Part shown: piece by piece, positions 1 through 12,084 of the stretch
Layout: each line of letters starts with the position of its first letter
How positions within the stretch are numbered: the stretch's first letter is position 1
Assembly: GCF_006345805.1 (NCBI RefSeq)
Contig: NC_043003.1
Location: 58,652,001-58,716,000, forward strand
Source of the DNA: Octopus sinensis
Lineage: Eukaryota
DNA length: 64,000 nt
Direction of reading: 5' to 3'
Made by a program: the position numbers and the translations under genes
Notes under the pieces: model-generated
Seen by the model: the letters and a program-made list of their open reading frames with translations, nothing else
Databases searched by the model: none
What the model was told of the DNA's origin: nothing

Positions 1-605
1 GGGTTGGACAGTTCAACTGGGGTCTGGGGAGCCCGAAAGCTGCACCAGTCCAGTCAGATCTGGCAGTGTTTCTACAGCTGGATGCCCTTCCTAACGCCAA
101 CCACTCCGAGAGTGTAGTGGGTGATTTTATGTGCCACCGACACAGGTGCCAGACGAGGCTGGCAGACGGCCACGCTCGGATGGTGTTTTTTTATGTGCCA
201 CCGACACAGGTGCCAGATGAGGCTGGCAAACGGCCACGATCGGATGGTGTTTGTTACGTGCCCACAGCACGGAGGCCAGTCGATGCGGTACTGGCTACGG
301 CCACGTTCGGATGGTTTTCTTGTGTGCCACGTGCCACCGGCACTGGTACCACAAAGATACAAATTCCATTGATGTTCATCTATTTTGATTTGTTTTGATT
401 TTCACTTGCCTCAACAGGTCTTCACAAGTGTCACAAGAAGGAAGGTATGCACAGGTGGACTGACTACGTCCCAGGTAGGGGCTACAGGTTATGGCCTGAC
501 TAGTCTTGCCGGGTCTTCGGATGGTGTTTTTATGTGCCACCGACACAGGTGCCAGATGAGGCTGGCGAACGGCCACGATCGGATGGTGTTTGTTACGTGC
601 CCACC
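1..605 (-). mobile_element. RTE-clade LINE 3' UTR fragment with internal ~57-60 bp minisatellite
   Basis: Same sequence as the 3' UTR of the RT-bearing RTE copy at 59582-60630 (motif GGATGCCCTTCCTAACGCCAACC, GTGCCACCGGCAC units). Confidence 0.85.
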
Positions 606-664
606 AATGTAAAATATAAGTAGGGAGGAACAACATTAAGAATTATGGATGGATGGTGAATTAA

Positions 665-1731
665 CCCTTTCGTTACTATATTTCTGACCAAATTACACCC
701 CTTATGTGTTTCAATTAATTTCTAACGTAATCATAAATTTAGTCTGGTTTCATTAAACAACTATAACTTTTTTATTTATCGATATATTAATCTGATTTTT
801 GGAAGATAATTTAATGAAATATTCTCAACCAATTCTATACTATAATTTTTGTCACAAAGTGACTGTAATTGCAGGTAGATACAGGTAAATTCCACAAAAT
901 ATAAAATTATTAAAATTTTGTTCAAACATCGCTATAGAAAATGGGTTATTAGCTAATATTCAATTGGGTATACAACAAAATTTTACGATAGAATTTGTTA
1001 TTCTGGGTAACTTTCTGATACCCATAATAATATTTATGGCAAAATAGTCTTAATTTCATTTAAGGTTGTGGGAAACCACAAACTAAACTTTCTTTCGTTT
1101 TGTTTACATTTTAGCGTAACGGCTCGTTTCTGCCGTAATGATTTCAAATAGGCTCATTCGAAAAAGTAAATAGAAATAGTCTAAGGCTTTACCCTTCTGG
1201 GAAAGTCTGTGGCTTGGTCCAGTTTCTTCAGAAAAATCACCGAAAGAAACAGTTTTTAAATTTTCACTCCATTCAGGTGCCAATTCGTTTTCTTTATCGC
1301 TATCGGAGATCTCAGATTCACTGTTTTCACTTTCGGAAAATGAAACATCAGATTCATTATCAAATACCACATGCTTTTTTTTTTCAGTCATAGAGTTAGA
1401 TTTATGAAGGTCTTCAGTAGAAAATCCTTCGAATTCTGACTCGCTGCTTGATATAATGAAATTCGTATCCATTTTTTGTCAGAATTACAAATTTTGAAAA
1501 CACAATAGGAACAAATTTCGGAAAAAAATCTCCCAAAATTCACGGAATTAAAATTACACTTCGATTATTGTACAAAACTGTAGTTGAACTGTTTACGAAG
1601 TATAATACGTGTTTTCACGAATGTACTGAAGAGATTTGCTCTGATATTCTCATTTAAATATGAATAGGTAAATTTGGGCGGTTTGGTCTCATAAACCAAA
1701 ATTTTTTTTGGGCGGTTTGGTAACGAAAGGG
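665..1731 (-). mobile_element. Internally deleted piggyBac-family transposon
   Basis: TTAA at 661-664 and 1732-1735; 12-bp TIR CCCTTTCGTTAC/GTAACGAAAGGG; ORF 1472-1104 is an acidic N-terminus followed by W..F...GP...LDYFYLLF...IITAETSRYA, typical of piggyBac transposase N-termini; the catalytic part is absent. Confidence 0.9.
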
Positions 1732-2039
1732 TTAAGTCGTTCTTGGAAATGAGAAAGATAACTGGTATCAGAAAATGGTGATGAATTATGCAATTATGAA
1801 GTTAATGAAGGAGTTAGTAATGGATGACAGAAGGCTTGAGGATGAAATTAGGTGAGGGATGCTGTTGTGTGTATGTGCATGTGCATATATATATATGCAC
1901 ACACACAATCACATTGTATTTCCAGAATTTCAGTTTTGTTATAATAGGTGGTTCTTCTTGAGCACTACATGTCACTTGTCATCCCTTCCATGAGGTTTAA
2001 AGTTCTGAAATCAGCCTATGGATGTCTTCATCCATAATC

Positions 2040-2512
2040 TCGTGCCATTGTGGCCGATGACAGTACCGCCTGATTGGCACTCGTGCCAGTGGAATGTTAA
2101 AAGCACATCCGAATGTGATCGTTGCCAGGGCCACAGATTGGCTCCCGTGCCGGTGGCACGTAAAAAGCACCATTCGAGCATGATTGTTGCCAGCGTCGCC
2201 TTACCAGCACATGAATAACAATATTCGAGTATGATGGTTGCCAGTGTTGCCGGACTGGCTACCATGCATGTAGCATGTAAAAAAACACCTTTTGACTATG
2301 GTCATTGCCAGTACCCCCTGACTGGCCCTCGTGCCGGTGGCATGTAAAAGCACCCACTACACTCTCAGAGTAGTTGGCATTAGGAAGGACATCCAGCTGT
2401 AGAAACTTTGCCAGATCAGATAGCGCCTTGTGCAGCCTTCTGGCTCACCAGTCATTAGTCAAACCGTCCAACCCATGTCAGCATGGAAAGCGGACATTAG
2501 AAAATGATGATG
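2040..2512 (+). mobile_element. RTE LINE 3' UTR fragment
   Basis: Minisatellite units, GGCATTAGGAAGG motif, ends CAGCATGGAAAGCGGACATT..(GAT)n. Confidence 0.8.
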
Positions 2513-2887
2513 AAAGAGAGAAGAAAGGACCTTGCACATTGGTGTAAAGAGTTGTCAAACAGTCAGATATGGCCCTATTTTTGTTGTGGTTCAGGATGCT
2601 CTGTGTAGTAGCAGTAGTAGTAGCAGCAGCAGCTACTATCCAAGATATGTGAGCAGTACTGTAATGAGTGTCTCGCTTGTGCATTGTATATGGTCAATCT
2701 GTGTTCAGAGCTAAAATATATGATGGTCATAAAGAGAAAACCTCACCTTTGAGATGTGGTGATGGTGGTGGGAGGTGAGGGTCGGGATCGTTGATGTGAT
2801 GTCACTATGGGAGATCATTATAGCTATGAAACTCAGTATTTGCTTGAAGAATTAACTGAGTTGATCGTTTGGAGGGGTTTAAAGAAG

Positions 2888-3270
2888 TCATCATCATCAT
2901 TGTTTAATGTCTTTTTTCTATGCTGGCATGGGTTGGACGGTTTGACTGGGGACTGGCAAGCCTGGAGGCCACACCAAGCCCCAATCTGATAGGAAATAAT
3001 TTCCCCTTGTGAGATGGCATCTGTGGAAAAGACCTTGGCTGAATAGCTTTCTAAGGGTCAGAGAATCTGACTGAGACACAGGTATAAGTAACTGAAGTAA
3101 CTATGATTTCACTTGGCTTGACATGTCTTCTCAAGTGCAGCATATCACCAAAGGTCTCAATCACTAATCATTGCCTCTGTGGGGTTCAAAGTTCAAAGAT
3201 CATGCTTCACTACTTCATCCCATGTCTTCCTGGATCTATCTCTACCACAGTTTCCCTCTTCAGTTAGAGA
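2888..3270 (-). mobile_element. RTE LINE 3' fragment (degenerate)
   Basis: (CAT)n tail plus TCATCCCATGTCTTCCTGG, the reverse of the RPRKTWDEVV coding motif. Confidence 0.65.
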
Positions 3271-3964
3271 TCGGCTCATCCTGAAAGTTGAATAAAGATT
3301 TCCTCAGAAGATAGCTTCATTACATTTCTGCTCACCCTCTTGCATGTTGAGTATTCAATCTGGTATGCAGTTTGCTACCATTTTTATCTTCTTCCTGGCT
3401 GCTCCCGCCCTTATATATCACAGAGTAGCCATGTAGCTCCTCCATGGTCAGAATCCTGAGCTTGTCCCTCAATCATACCTCAGTCTCTAAGCACCTGGAA
3501 TAAGGCCACCTCACCCTCTTAGATACACCGCACTCTTTTTCAAGGTGCTTTTTCCTTTTCTTGCATGTTATTTGAAGGCCTCACTGTTGCCACTATCAGG
3601 AAATAAGCATCCAATACACACTGAAAGGGCATCCTACCATAGAAACAATGTAAAACCTTACATTAGAGCTTGACACAATCATGTGGCTTGCCAACATGGG
3701 AAACCAACATTAAATGATGATGGATCAATAAAATATATTTTGTCTCCAGAAAGTAAGACTGAACAGCAGTACAAACAGTTGTTAGATTTCTTTTTACTTA
3801 TACTGTTTATCATTTCAGGAAATTCCTCAGAAAAGACACGTAAAGGAACACATGAAGAATGGCTTTATAAAAACAACATCTGGTTTCAACTGAAATTTGA
3901 AGTGATTTAATGAAGTCATAAAGAAAGATATTACATTTGTGTTGAATGAGCAGTAAACAACATC

Positions 3965-6001
3965 ATGGAGAAAACAGCATGTGAGAACCAGGTTCATAAT
4001 GAAACACCATCTGATAAGAAAGATTTATCTCATGAGGACCAGTTGAACGTAGCAAAAAAATTGCACACCTGTAACATATGTCTTAAAATATTCTCTGACA
4101 TTGACAGTTTGACTAATCACAAACATATCCACACCGAAGACAATGCACACCTATGCAATGTTTGTGGTAAAAAGTTCTCGCGTAAAACCATTTTAACTCG
4201 TCACAAGCAGACACATGAAAAAGAAAAGCCCTACTACTGTGATGTCTGTGGTAAGACATTTCCTGACATTACAAAATTAGCTTGTCATACATGTACCTAT
4301 GCAAGTGAGAAACCGTATGTGTGTAACGTCTGTGGTAAAAAATTCTCACAGAAAACTAATTTAACTCGTCACAAACATACACATACGGAAGAAAAACCGT
4401 ACCGTTGTGAGATTTGTCCTAAAGCGTTTTTGAAGTTCGAAGAATTATCTTCTCATATTCAGACTCACTCAGATAAAAAACCATACCGTTGTGATATATG
4501 TAGTAAAGCATTTTCTAAAAGGAAAACATTAGCTATCCATAAACATATTCACATCGATGAGAAACCATATCACTGTAATGTTTGTGGGAAAACATTTTCC
4601 AAAAGTAAACCATTAGTTATCCATAAACGCGTTCACACCAATGAAAGACCATACAAATGTGACGTCTGTGGTAAAGCATTCTCTCAGAGTGGGTATTTAA
4701 CTTCTCATAAACTTATTCACACAGGAGAGAAACACTTCCAATGTGATACCTGTGATAAAACATTCTCTCGCAAAGATTACTTGAAACGTCACAGACGTAT
4801 TCATACAGGGGAAAAACCATATGAATGTGATGTCTGTGGTAAAGCATTCTCTGGAAGTGCAAATCTAACATGTCATAAGCGTAAACATACAGGTGAGAGG
4901 CCATACGAGTGTAATATCTGTGGTAAGACATTCTCGACAACTGGAAATTTATCTTGTCATAAACGTATTCATTCAAATGAGAAACCATATCAGTGTGAAG
5001 TCTGTAAAAAATCATTCGCTCAGAATGGGCATTTAACAAATCACCGAACTGTTCACACAGGTGAGAAACCATACCACTGTGATATCTGTGATAGAAGATT
5101 TTCTATAACTGGAGATTTAAGACGTCACAAACTTACTCACACTGTTGAAAAACCCTACCAGTGTGACATATGTGGTAAAAAGTTCACTACAAATGAAAAT
5201 TTAAATTCTCATAAACATATTCACTCAGAGAAAGCTCACCAGTGTGATATCTGTGGTAAAATATTTTCACTGAAGAGATATTTAATTAGGCACAAACATA
5301 TTCACACAAGTAAGAAACCATACAAATGTGACATTTGTGGTAAAACGTTCTCTCTACTTGCAGACTTAACTCTTCACAAGCATATGCACACAAGTGAGAA
5401 ACCATATACGTGTGAGGTCTGTGGTAAAATATTTGCACGAAAGAGATATTTGATTAGGCACAAACATATTCATAAAGTCTTGAATCCTCCCCAGACTGAT
5501 GAGATTTGTGATAAAACATACCCTGAAAGTGAAAATCTTACTTCTCAGCAAGATATTCACTCAGAGAAACCACATCAATGTGATATCTGTGGTAAAATAT
5601 TTGCACAGAAGAGGTATTTAATTAGACATAAACATATCCACACAGGTGATTATCATTGTGATGTATGTAATAAGACATTCTCTCGAAATGAGTATTTGAC
5701 ACTTCACAAACGTATTCACACAGGAGAAAAACCATATCCGTGTGATATCTGCGACAAAGCATTCTCTGCAAGTAAAATTTTAACTCGCCATAAACTTACG
5801 CACACAAGTGATTTAAATACCTGTGATAAACAAGTTCCACCCAAAACTACTTTGGATATTCACCCTCAGAAAAGCAGTCTGGAAGTTCTCTCACCTCCCA
5901 AACTCCAGCAAAGCCATCTGGTCCCTCACCAAGAGAGTTCATGGAATCCTCCAACCCACCATCCCTCAACCAAGATGCCTCTGTTAGCACACCCAATGTG
6001 A
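3965..6001 (+). CDS. C2H2 zinc-finger protein, about 21 tandem fingers (about 19 canonical, 2 degenerate) plus Pro-rich tail (ZNF-A)
   Basis: 678-aa ORF of CxxC-x12-HxxxH repeats with TGEKPY-type linkers; candidate splice acceptor TTTCAG ends at 3818, implying an upstream non-coding exon. Confidence 0.95.
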   Translation: MEKTACENQVHNETPSDKKDLSHEDQLNVAKKLHTCNICLKIFSDIDSLTNHKHIHTEDNAHLCNVCGKKFSRKTILTRHKQTHEKEKPYYCDVCGKTFPDITKLACHTCTYASEKPYVCNVCGKKFSQKTNLTRHKHTHTEEKPYRCEICPKAFLKFEELSSHIQTHSDKKPYRCDICSKAFSKRKTLAIHKHIHIDEKPYHCNVCGKTFSKSKPLVIHKRVHTNERPYKCDVCGKAFSQSGYLTSHKLIHTGEKHFQCDTCDKTFSRKDYLKRHRRIHTGEKPYECDVCGKAFSGSANLTCHKRKHTGERPYECNICGKTFSTTGNLSCHKRIHSNEKPYQCEVCKKSFAQNGHLTNHRTVHTGEKPYHCDICDRRFSITGDLRRHKLTHTVEKPYQCDICGKKFTTNENLNSHKHIHSEKAHQCDICGKIFSLKRYLIRHKHIHTSKKPYKCDICGKTFSLLADLTLHKHMHTSEKPYTCEVCGKIFARKRYLIRHKHIHKVLNPPQTDEICDKTYPESENLTSQQDIHSEKPHQCDICGKIFAQKRYLIRHKHIHTGDYHCDVCNKTFSRNEYLTLHKRIHTGEKPYPCDICDKAFSASKILTRHKLTHTSDLNTCDKQVPPKTTLDIHPQKSSLEVLSPPKLQQSHLVPHQESSWNPPTHHPSTKMPLLAHPM

Positions 6002-6849
6002 AAACCTCCATATTTGTTGCTCGTATCACTTCCGACTACACACTGCTCACGTCAACAAAGCTCCTTCAAAGTCCCCTGTTTTACCACCACAGTTATTGTG
6101 TGTAAAAATGGGGTCTAGTTGGTTTGGCTGCCAGCATTTCAAAAATTAAAGTTTATTGAAAATTTTTTAATTTGGTACATTAATATACTTTTCCAAGCTG
6201 AATTGTTGGAGTTATTTCACTTTTTTCTAGTATATGTCTTTAATAAGTTATAGAGGTTTAAAGTTTGATCATTTTCACCCAGTCAAGAAAAAGGATTTGA
6301 CGCTGTCATTTTGTGTGTAACTACATGTATTGTCAACATTATGAAACTAGCACATGTTTTTATATGAAATTGTAAACAAATCATATTCTGCTTAACATAC
6401 GACATTTCACCTTTCATAGCTTTTTTTAAAATTTGGAATTTTCAGAAAATTTTTGCAAATTTGTACTCTACACACAGGAATTCATACGATTATAGAATAG
6501 GTGTGATTCAAGGCCTATTTAGCTGTTATTTTTAGCATATCTCACGACCAGGATACAAGCAACAGAACACCATGTCAAGGCACGTGGCATCGTGTAGAAT
6601 ATATTTGTCAACACATGTACTCTCTCATTAACAAAAAGAGTTCTCATGCTTGGTTTGTTACTATGGAAACAGGCATGAATGTATCTGTGGCTTACGATTG
6701 GATAGATTTACCCTTAATTTTCAAACTTTAATTGCTAATAACTCTTTATCTATTGATTTATAGTGAAAATGATTTTCACATCACCCATTAGCCTATAAAA
6801 GTGTATCGTTACACTGAATATGAAATCAATTCAAACAGAAATTGATGTT

Positions 6850-7472
6850 TGCAACCAAACCAACGGGATCCTTAAAATGTTCTTTCATTACTTCACAACC
6901 CAGAATGACAATTGATACTGACCTTGTTCTTTTCATCACTCTCAACCAAGGCACTTCAGAGCTACATCCAGTCCTTATCAGACTCTCTCTCTGTCTACAA
7001 GCCCCTGTCACAATCCATGGAAACATGCAGCAGTGTATCCCTTTACCTAAAATCACAACTCTGCTGACTAACATATTGCTCTCTTTCTCCCTCCCCTTCT
7101 CACTCTCTCTTTCTCTCAGCACCTCAATGAAGATTGAATCAATTGCAAACAACTCTTTCATGGACCTTCATCTTCATACAACTTCTGCAGAACCACTTAA
7201 AATGGAGACTTGCTTTTGTCTATCATTTGCCTGTTCTTATTGCTCTTGAGAACTATCGAAAGCAAAATTGTGGTACTCGAAATAGGTAATTCTCTCAATC
7301 ATGTTTGGTATGAGAACCTCCTGCCTTAGTTGTCCACATGTAGTCTCCATCTATCTGTCATTCCCTGGATTTCTGTCAGACCATTACAACACATACTATC
7401 AAAAACTATCTGATTCATATTCTATAAACTCTGATGTACTCCAAGGTTTAGCTGCGTCACCCACGCATTTTC

Positions 7473-7507
<35 letters not shown>

Positions 7508-7830
7508 CAGCATCAATGTACAACCTAAGCACTATATATCAGCCCTGTATTACCTCTATGAACAGGCCTCTTGGAAACATCTTTTGATGAGTTGTGTGAC
7601 AACCTAGTTTAGTTTCTTCAAGAAAATCCGTCTTGCTTATCATCTTCACTAGTCTTGAACAATACAGACTTAAAACCCTTGAAGTTTTTGATGATGTTAG
7701 ACCTCAATCTTCTATGATCTCTTGTGTTGTCCTCTTTCTTTAAACATTTCACTTGTTTCTTACTACCTCCCTCCTGTAAAGATCATTGAAGTAACCTCCA
7801 CTGATCTATCCATCTTCCAAGGCCTGACTA
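6850..7830 (+). mobile_element. Decayed CR1/L2/Jockey-group LINE reverse transcriptase
   Basis: Relic motifs in mixed frames: WKHAAVY.LPK (~7018), LSKA..VW.ENLL (~7257-7320), YSINSDVLQGLAASPTHF (~7420-7470; consensus INSGVPQGSVLSPTLF); interrupted by (TA)n. Confidence 0.7.
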
Positions 7831-8084
7831 ATATATATAAACATCACTGTCACATATTCCTTTTAGTTAAATTGAATATATCTATCTAAGTTATCTGTAA
7901 TTAATCATTAACGTAGATTGTACAATGTGTAAAACTAAACATGCAAAGTCCTGTTATCATCCAAGCTAAATGAAACTCAGCTAGATTGAATACATGTTCT
8001 TAAAGTTGTGAGACATTTTGTGAACTTAATAAAATTTTTACTCCAAAGTCAGTTTAGAGGAAGACTAAATATATTCTTCTACAA

Positions 8085-8329
8085 CAGTGGTTCTCAACCA
8101 TTTTTTTTTTTGTTTTTTGCCTGTGGATCTCTTTGATTCCTGTTTTACTCAGGTAGACCCCCCCACCCCATAATTCAATGTTTGAAAGATCCTATTATAT
8201 CTTTATAATTAAATATTTGAAATTGAATTTAAAAATTGTTAAAATATTTCATGTATTTTAGAAGTATAAGCAATTTATTGCACCTAAATTTTAACTAAAT
8301 TTTATATGGACCCCTTTTGAGAACTACTG
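8085..8329. mobile_element. hAT-type MITE
   Basis: TIR CAGTGGTTCTCAA / TTGAGAACTACTG; degenerate 8-bp flanks TTCTACAA / TTCTTAGA. Confidence 0.7.
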
Positions 8330-8488
8330 TTCTTAGAGACAAAAAATTAATTTGCTGTGTGGCATGTATATAATTGTTCTCATTCTTGTGATATCTGGTA
8401 AAACATTTAATTTGGTCACCAATATATTCATGCTGTTGATAAGTTATACTATGATAGACGTAGTATAATATTGTCAAGGACCAATGCA

Positions 8489-8707
8489 TTGACCCATCTT
8501 GTTACAATATTTCTGTTGAAATACACTCTTTGTTTCAATTCATACTGAGAATAATGGAGAATTTAGTAAAATAACTTTGTCGTTATTAAGCTGGTGTTTG
8601 GAATATAAATTAATGGGAAATTTTGATGGAAGGTTTCAATTTAAATCTCTTCAAAACAGGAAATTTTTATCATAGAACCAGGATGGGTTATTATAAAAAA
8701 AGTTTAA
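8489..8707. mobile_element. Degenerate piggyBac-family MITE
   Basis: Shares GAATTTAGTAAAATAACTT and downstream blocks with the reverse complement of the intact MITE at 22604-22823. Confidence 0.6.
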
Positions 8708-9496
8708 CTAATCGTAAATATATTTATACAGATGGTATATGGCATGTTACATACGATTGAGAATGTCTTTGATAAAAAATATTTGAGACTTAGTTTCATA
8801 AATGTAAATTTGCAACTCTGAAATATTTCCATATTACATTCTTCATATCATTTAAATTTTTTCACTCTTTGATTGACAAAAGTTGGAGGTTATTTTTGTA
8901 AACTTTGTTCCAGAACTCTCATCACCATTGTATTTATGAGCCTACAAAGGATCCTCTACATGTTTCCTATGAGGTACAACTAAATCTCCCTTATATTACA
9001 CCCTCCCATCTTAACAAAAGAAGGGCTGCATTGGATAATGTAGTCATAGATATGTAGTGGCCAGTAGGAATACTGGGTGATTGTGCAGCAATACCGACAC
9101 GTAACTGGTATCTGACCTGGGTTATAGGCTCAATTGGTGGACCTGGAGCTAAATTACAATATTGTATTTAAACTGAATATAAACTTGTATGTGTCACTAT
9201 AACCACTAACTTGGTCAAATGTTATTGTAAGACAGTTTGTGGTGTTATTTGTAATTGTACTTTATATAGATTATATGAACTTTCCTGTCAAATTATTGCA
9301 GCTTAAAATATATGCTTGGTAAAATTATTTCCTTGAATTAGAAAAACCTAATTTCATTAGAAATAAATATTGATTTTTGAAAATGATATTGTGGTCTCTT
9401 TAATGCTTGCTTTGAAATCTTCTTGTCTCATGGAATACCAATAAAGATACAAAATACCCAAGAAAAAGAATATATAAAAAATATAAAGGAATAGAG

Positions 9497-9797
9497 CATT
9501 GGCATGGCTGTGTGGTTAAGATGTTCACTTTACAACCATATGGCTTTGGGTTCAGTCCTGCTGCATGGTACCTTGGGCATGTCTTCTATAGCTCTGGGCT
9601 GTTCAAGGTCATGTGAGTGAATTTGGTAGAAAGAAACCCCTTGTGTGTGTGCCACTTCAAAAGTAGTTGGCATTTGGAAGGGCATCCAGCTGTAAAAACC
9701 ATTCCAAAACAGACAGAAGTATGGCTTCATACCTAGCCAGCTCCTGTCAAACTGTCCAACCCATGCTAGCATGGAAGGTGGACATTAAACGATGATG
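9497..9797 (+). mobile_element. tRNA-SINE family S1 (CORE-like head) fused to RTE-type tail
   Basis: GGCTGTGTGGTTAAG...GGGTTCAGTCC...CTTGGGCA head, then GGAAGGGCATCCAGCTGT and ACATTAAACGATGATGAT tail. Confidence 0.7.
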
Positions 9798-9845
9798 ATA
9801 TATGTATATGCGTGTGTTTGTATTTTCCTTGCATCTGGCCTTCAA

Positions 9846-10093
9846 GGAATATTTCCATGCTCGGAAACAAATGAGGATTGGTGACAGGCAGGGCATCTGG
9901 CTAGAAGAAATCAGCCTCAGCAAATTCCACCTGGCCTGTGCAAGCATGGAAAAGTGGGTATTAAATGATGGAATATTTCCATGCTCGGAAACAAATGAGG
10001 ATTGGTGACAGGCAGGGCATCTGGCTAGAAGAAATCAGCCTCAGCAAATTCCACCTGGCCTGTGCAAGCATGGAAAAGTGGGTATTAAATGAT
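9846..10093. repeat. Perfect 124-bp tandem duplication
   Basis: 9846-9969 is identical to 9970-10093 by direct reading. Confidence 0.95.
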
Positions 10094-10435
10094 GATAAAA
10101 AATGCTTGAAGTTTCTTGAAAATATGTTTGTTTTCATTTTGTAAAATATGTTTTTTGTTTCTTTAAATTTTGATTCCACAAAGGATATAATCAACAAGGT
10201 TTTTCTGTTATTTGGATCTCAGTGAAACAGTATTTATGTATCTTTATTCCTGAATGGAGTTTAACCAAGAATGTATTATCTCTTATTAAATTACAGAGTA
10301 GTTATATTAATTAATATCTTGAGCTATGTTGAACAATGTTGATTCTCATTTCTCTGACAAGATATCTTTTAAAAGAAATCTAATTTTCTTTTCTACTCTG
10401 TATTCCAATTGCCTTGAATAAATAATATTAATATC

Positions 10436-10575
10436 AGTAAAAAATACCTTAGGAATGAGAACTCAGGGTTGGGCTCAAAATTCTACAAGGACACCTGATG
10501 AAGGCTGAAGAGTAAATCAGCTGAAACGTGGTAACAAGATGAGGATACATATCCATCTGAAACAAATAATGTAAA
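10436..10575 (+). mobile_element. Hammerhead-bearing Penelope-type repeat (family H2), body only
   Basis: AAAATACCTTAGGAATGAGAAC.. matches 23090-23115 (minus); contains GACAC-CTGATGA-A-GGCTGA-AGAGTAAA-TCAGCT-GAAAC at 10490-10527. Confidence 0.75.
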
Positions 10576-10890
10576 TTATGGGGATATAAACAAACCAACA
10601 CTGGCTGTCAAGCTGGTAGGGGACAAATACAAACAAAGATACAGATGATGGGCTTCCACACTTTCTGTATACCAAACAAATTCATTCAAGGCATTGATCA
10701 GTCCAGGGTTATAGTAGTGGAACCTAGAACCACACAACCATGCCTGTATAAGCAGCATCACTGTGAAATGTCATAAGGGCAGCTAGAACTTGCACTAATG
10801 AGCCAAACCATGAAATGTATGGTTTCTAACATAATCCTTTCTACTATAGGCATAAGGCCTGACATTTTTGGGGAGGCAACCAGTGTAACT

Positions 10891-11026
10891 GATACTTAAT
10901 TTATTGACCCCGAAAGGATGAAAGACAAAGTCAACTCCGGCGGCATTTGAACTCAGAATGTGATGACAGACAAAATACTACTAAGTATTTCTTCTGGCAT
11001 GCTAACAACTCTGCCAGCTTGCCACC
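10891..11026 (-). mobile_element. tRNA-SINE family S2, 5' half
   Basis: GACCCCGAAAGGATGAAAG...TTTGAACTCAGAA...GCCAGCTTGCCACC, homologous to 36132-36362. Confidence 0.75.
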
Positions 11027-11149
11027 TTTGATTTCAAACATAATGTCATGGTTGGATAATATGCTTTTTATTATAACCACTTGGTTCTCAAGACCATGAT
11101 GCCATATTAGTGGCAAGAGTTCTCTGTCCAGTTGACCATGCATTTACTC

Positions 11150-11910
11150 CAATGGTTCTCAACTAGGGTCTGTCTAATATTTTGTTGTTAAAATTTCATC
11201 ATCATCATCGCTTAACATCCGCTTTCCATGCTGGCATGGGTTGGATGGTTTGATTGAAATCTGGAAAACTGGGAGGCTGCATCAGGCTCCAATCTGATCT
11301 GGCAAGGTTTCTACAGCTGGATGCCCTTTCTAACACCAACCACTCTGAGAGTGTAATGGGTGCTTTTTACGTGTCACCAGCACGAGGGCCAGTCAAGCAG
11401 TACTGACATCGACCACGCTTGAATGGTGCTTTTTACGTGGCACTGGCACAGGAGCCAGTCAGGTGGCACTAGCAATAAATTGGTTATATTTCTACAATAC
11501 ACAATATTTCAACAATTTTTTTGATACAATTCCTAATAATATCTAATTACAAAAATATATGATTTTTTAAAATCTTTGAATGGCCATGAGGATCCATCTG
11601 AATAAAATAGGAATCAGAAAGGTCCATAAGTGAACATGGAGGCATGTGGCTTAGTGATTAGGGTGATAGACTTGTGATCGTGGTTTCAATTCCTGGACTG
11701 GGCAATGCATTGTGTTCTTGAGCAAAACACTTCATTTCACATTGCTCCAGTTCACCCAGCTGGTAAAAATGAGTAAACCTGTGAAGGACTGGCATCCCAT
11801 CTAGGTGGAGAATATATATGCCATGGAAACTGAGAAACGGACCCTTATGACTCGGCATGACTTGAAAAGGTAACCTTTTATTATCAGTGAAGAATGGTTG
11901 GGAACCACTG
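11150..11910. mobile_element. hAT MITE carrying nested RTE tail (11198-11470, minus) and SINE S3 (11638-11870, plus)
   Basis: Ends CAATGGTTCTCAAC / GGTTGGGAACCACTG; 8-bp flanks ATTTACTC / ATTTACAT. Confidence 0.65.
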
Positions 11911-12084
11911 ATTTACATAAAAGAACCATTATGGTAGAACAGGAACGAAAATTATATAGAAAAGTAGTTGATAATGCAATCTTTCTAAGGAGTATTCTGT
12001 AAAATTTTAAAGATTAGCTACGGAATCTTTATAGGAAATACAAACCTAAATTTAACACAGCTATAACACCTTAGTAAATAAGTA

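Noticed and set aside
130-600. Repeat-spacer-like array resembling CRISPR
   Set aside because: The units are tandem diverged minisatellite copies with no unique spacers and no cas genes, in a eukaryotic context.
66-636. ORFs of 75-120 aa in RTE 3' UTR copies (also 15788-16277, 48973-49527, 59622-59961)
   Set aside because: They arise from the GC-rich minisatellite on both strands, differ in frame between copies and show no protein motif.
2478-2714. Short ORFs over a (GTA/GCA)n tract and other microsatellite-driven ORFs (18086, 42223, 63124)
   Set aside because: Low-complexity translation of microsatellites with no domain evidence.
4713-5560. Antisense ORFs over the ZNF genes (also 44811-45503)
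   Set aside because: Shadow frames of repetitive finger codons.
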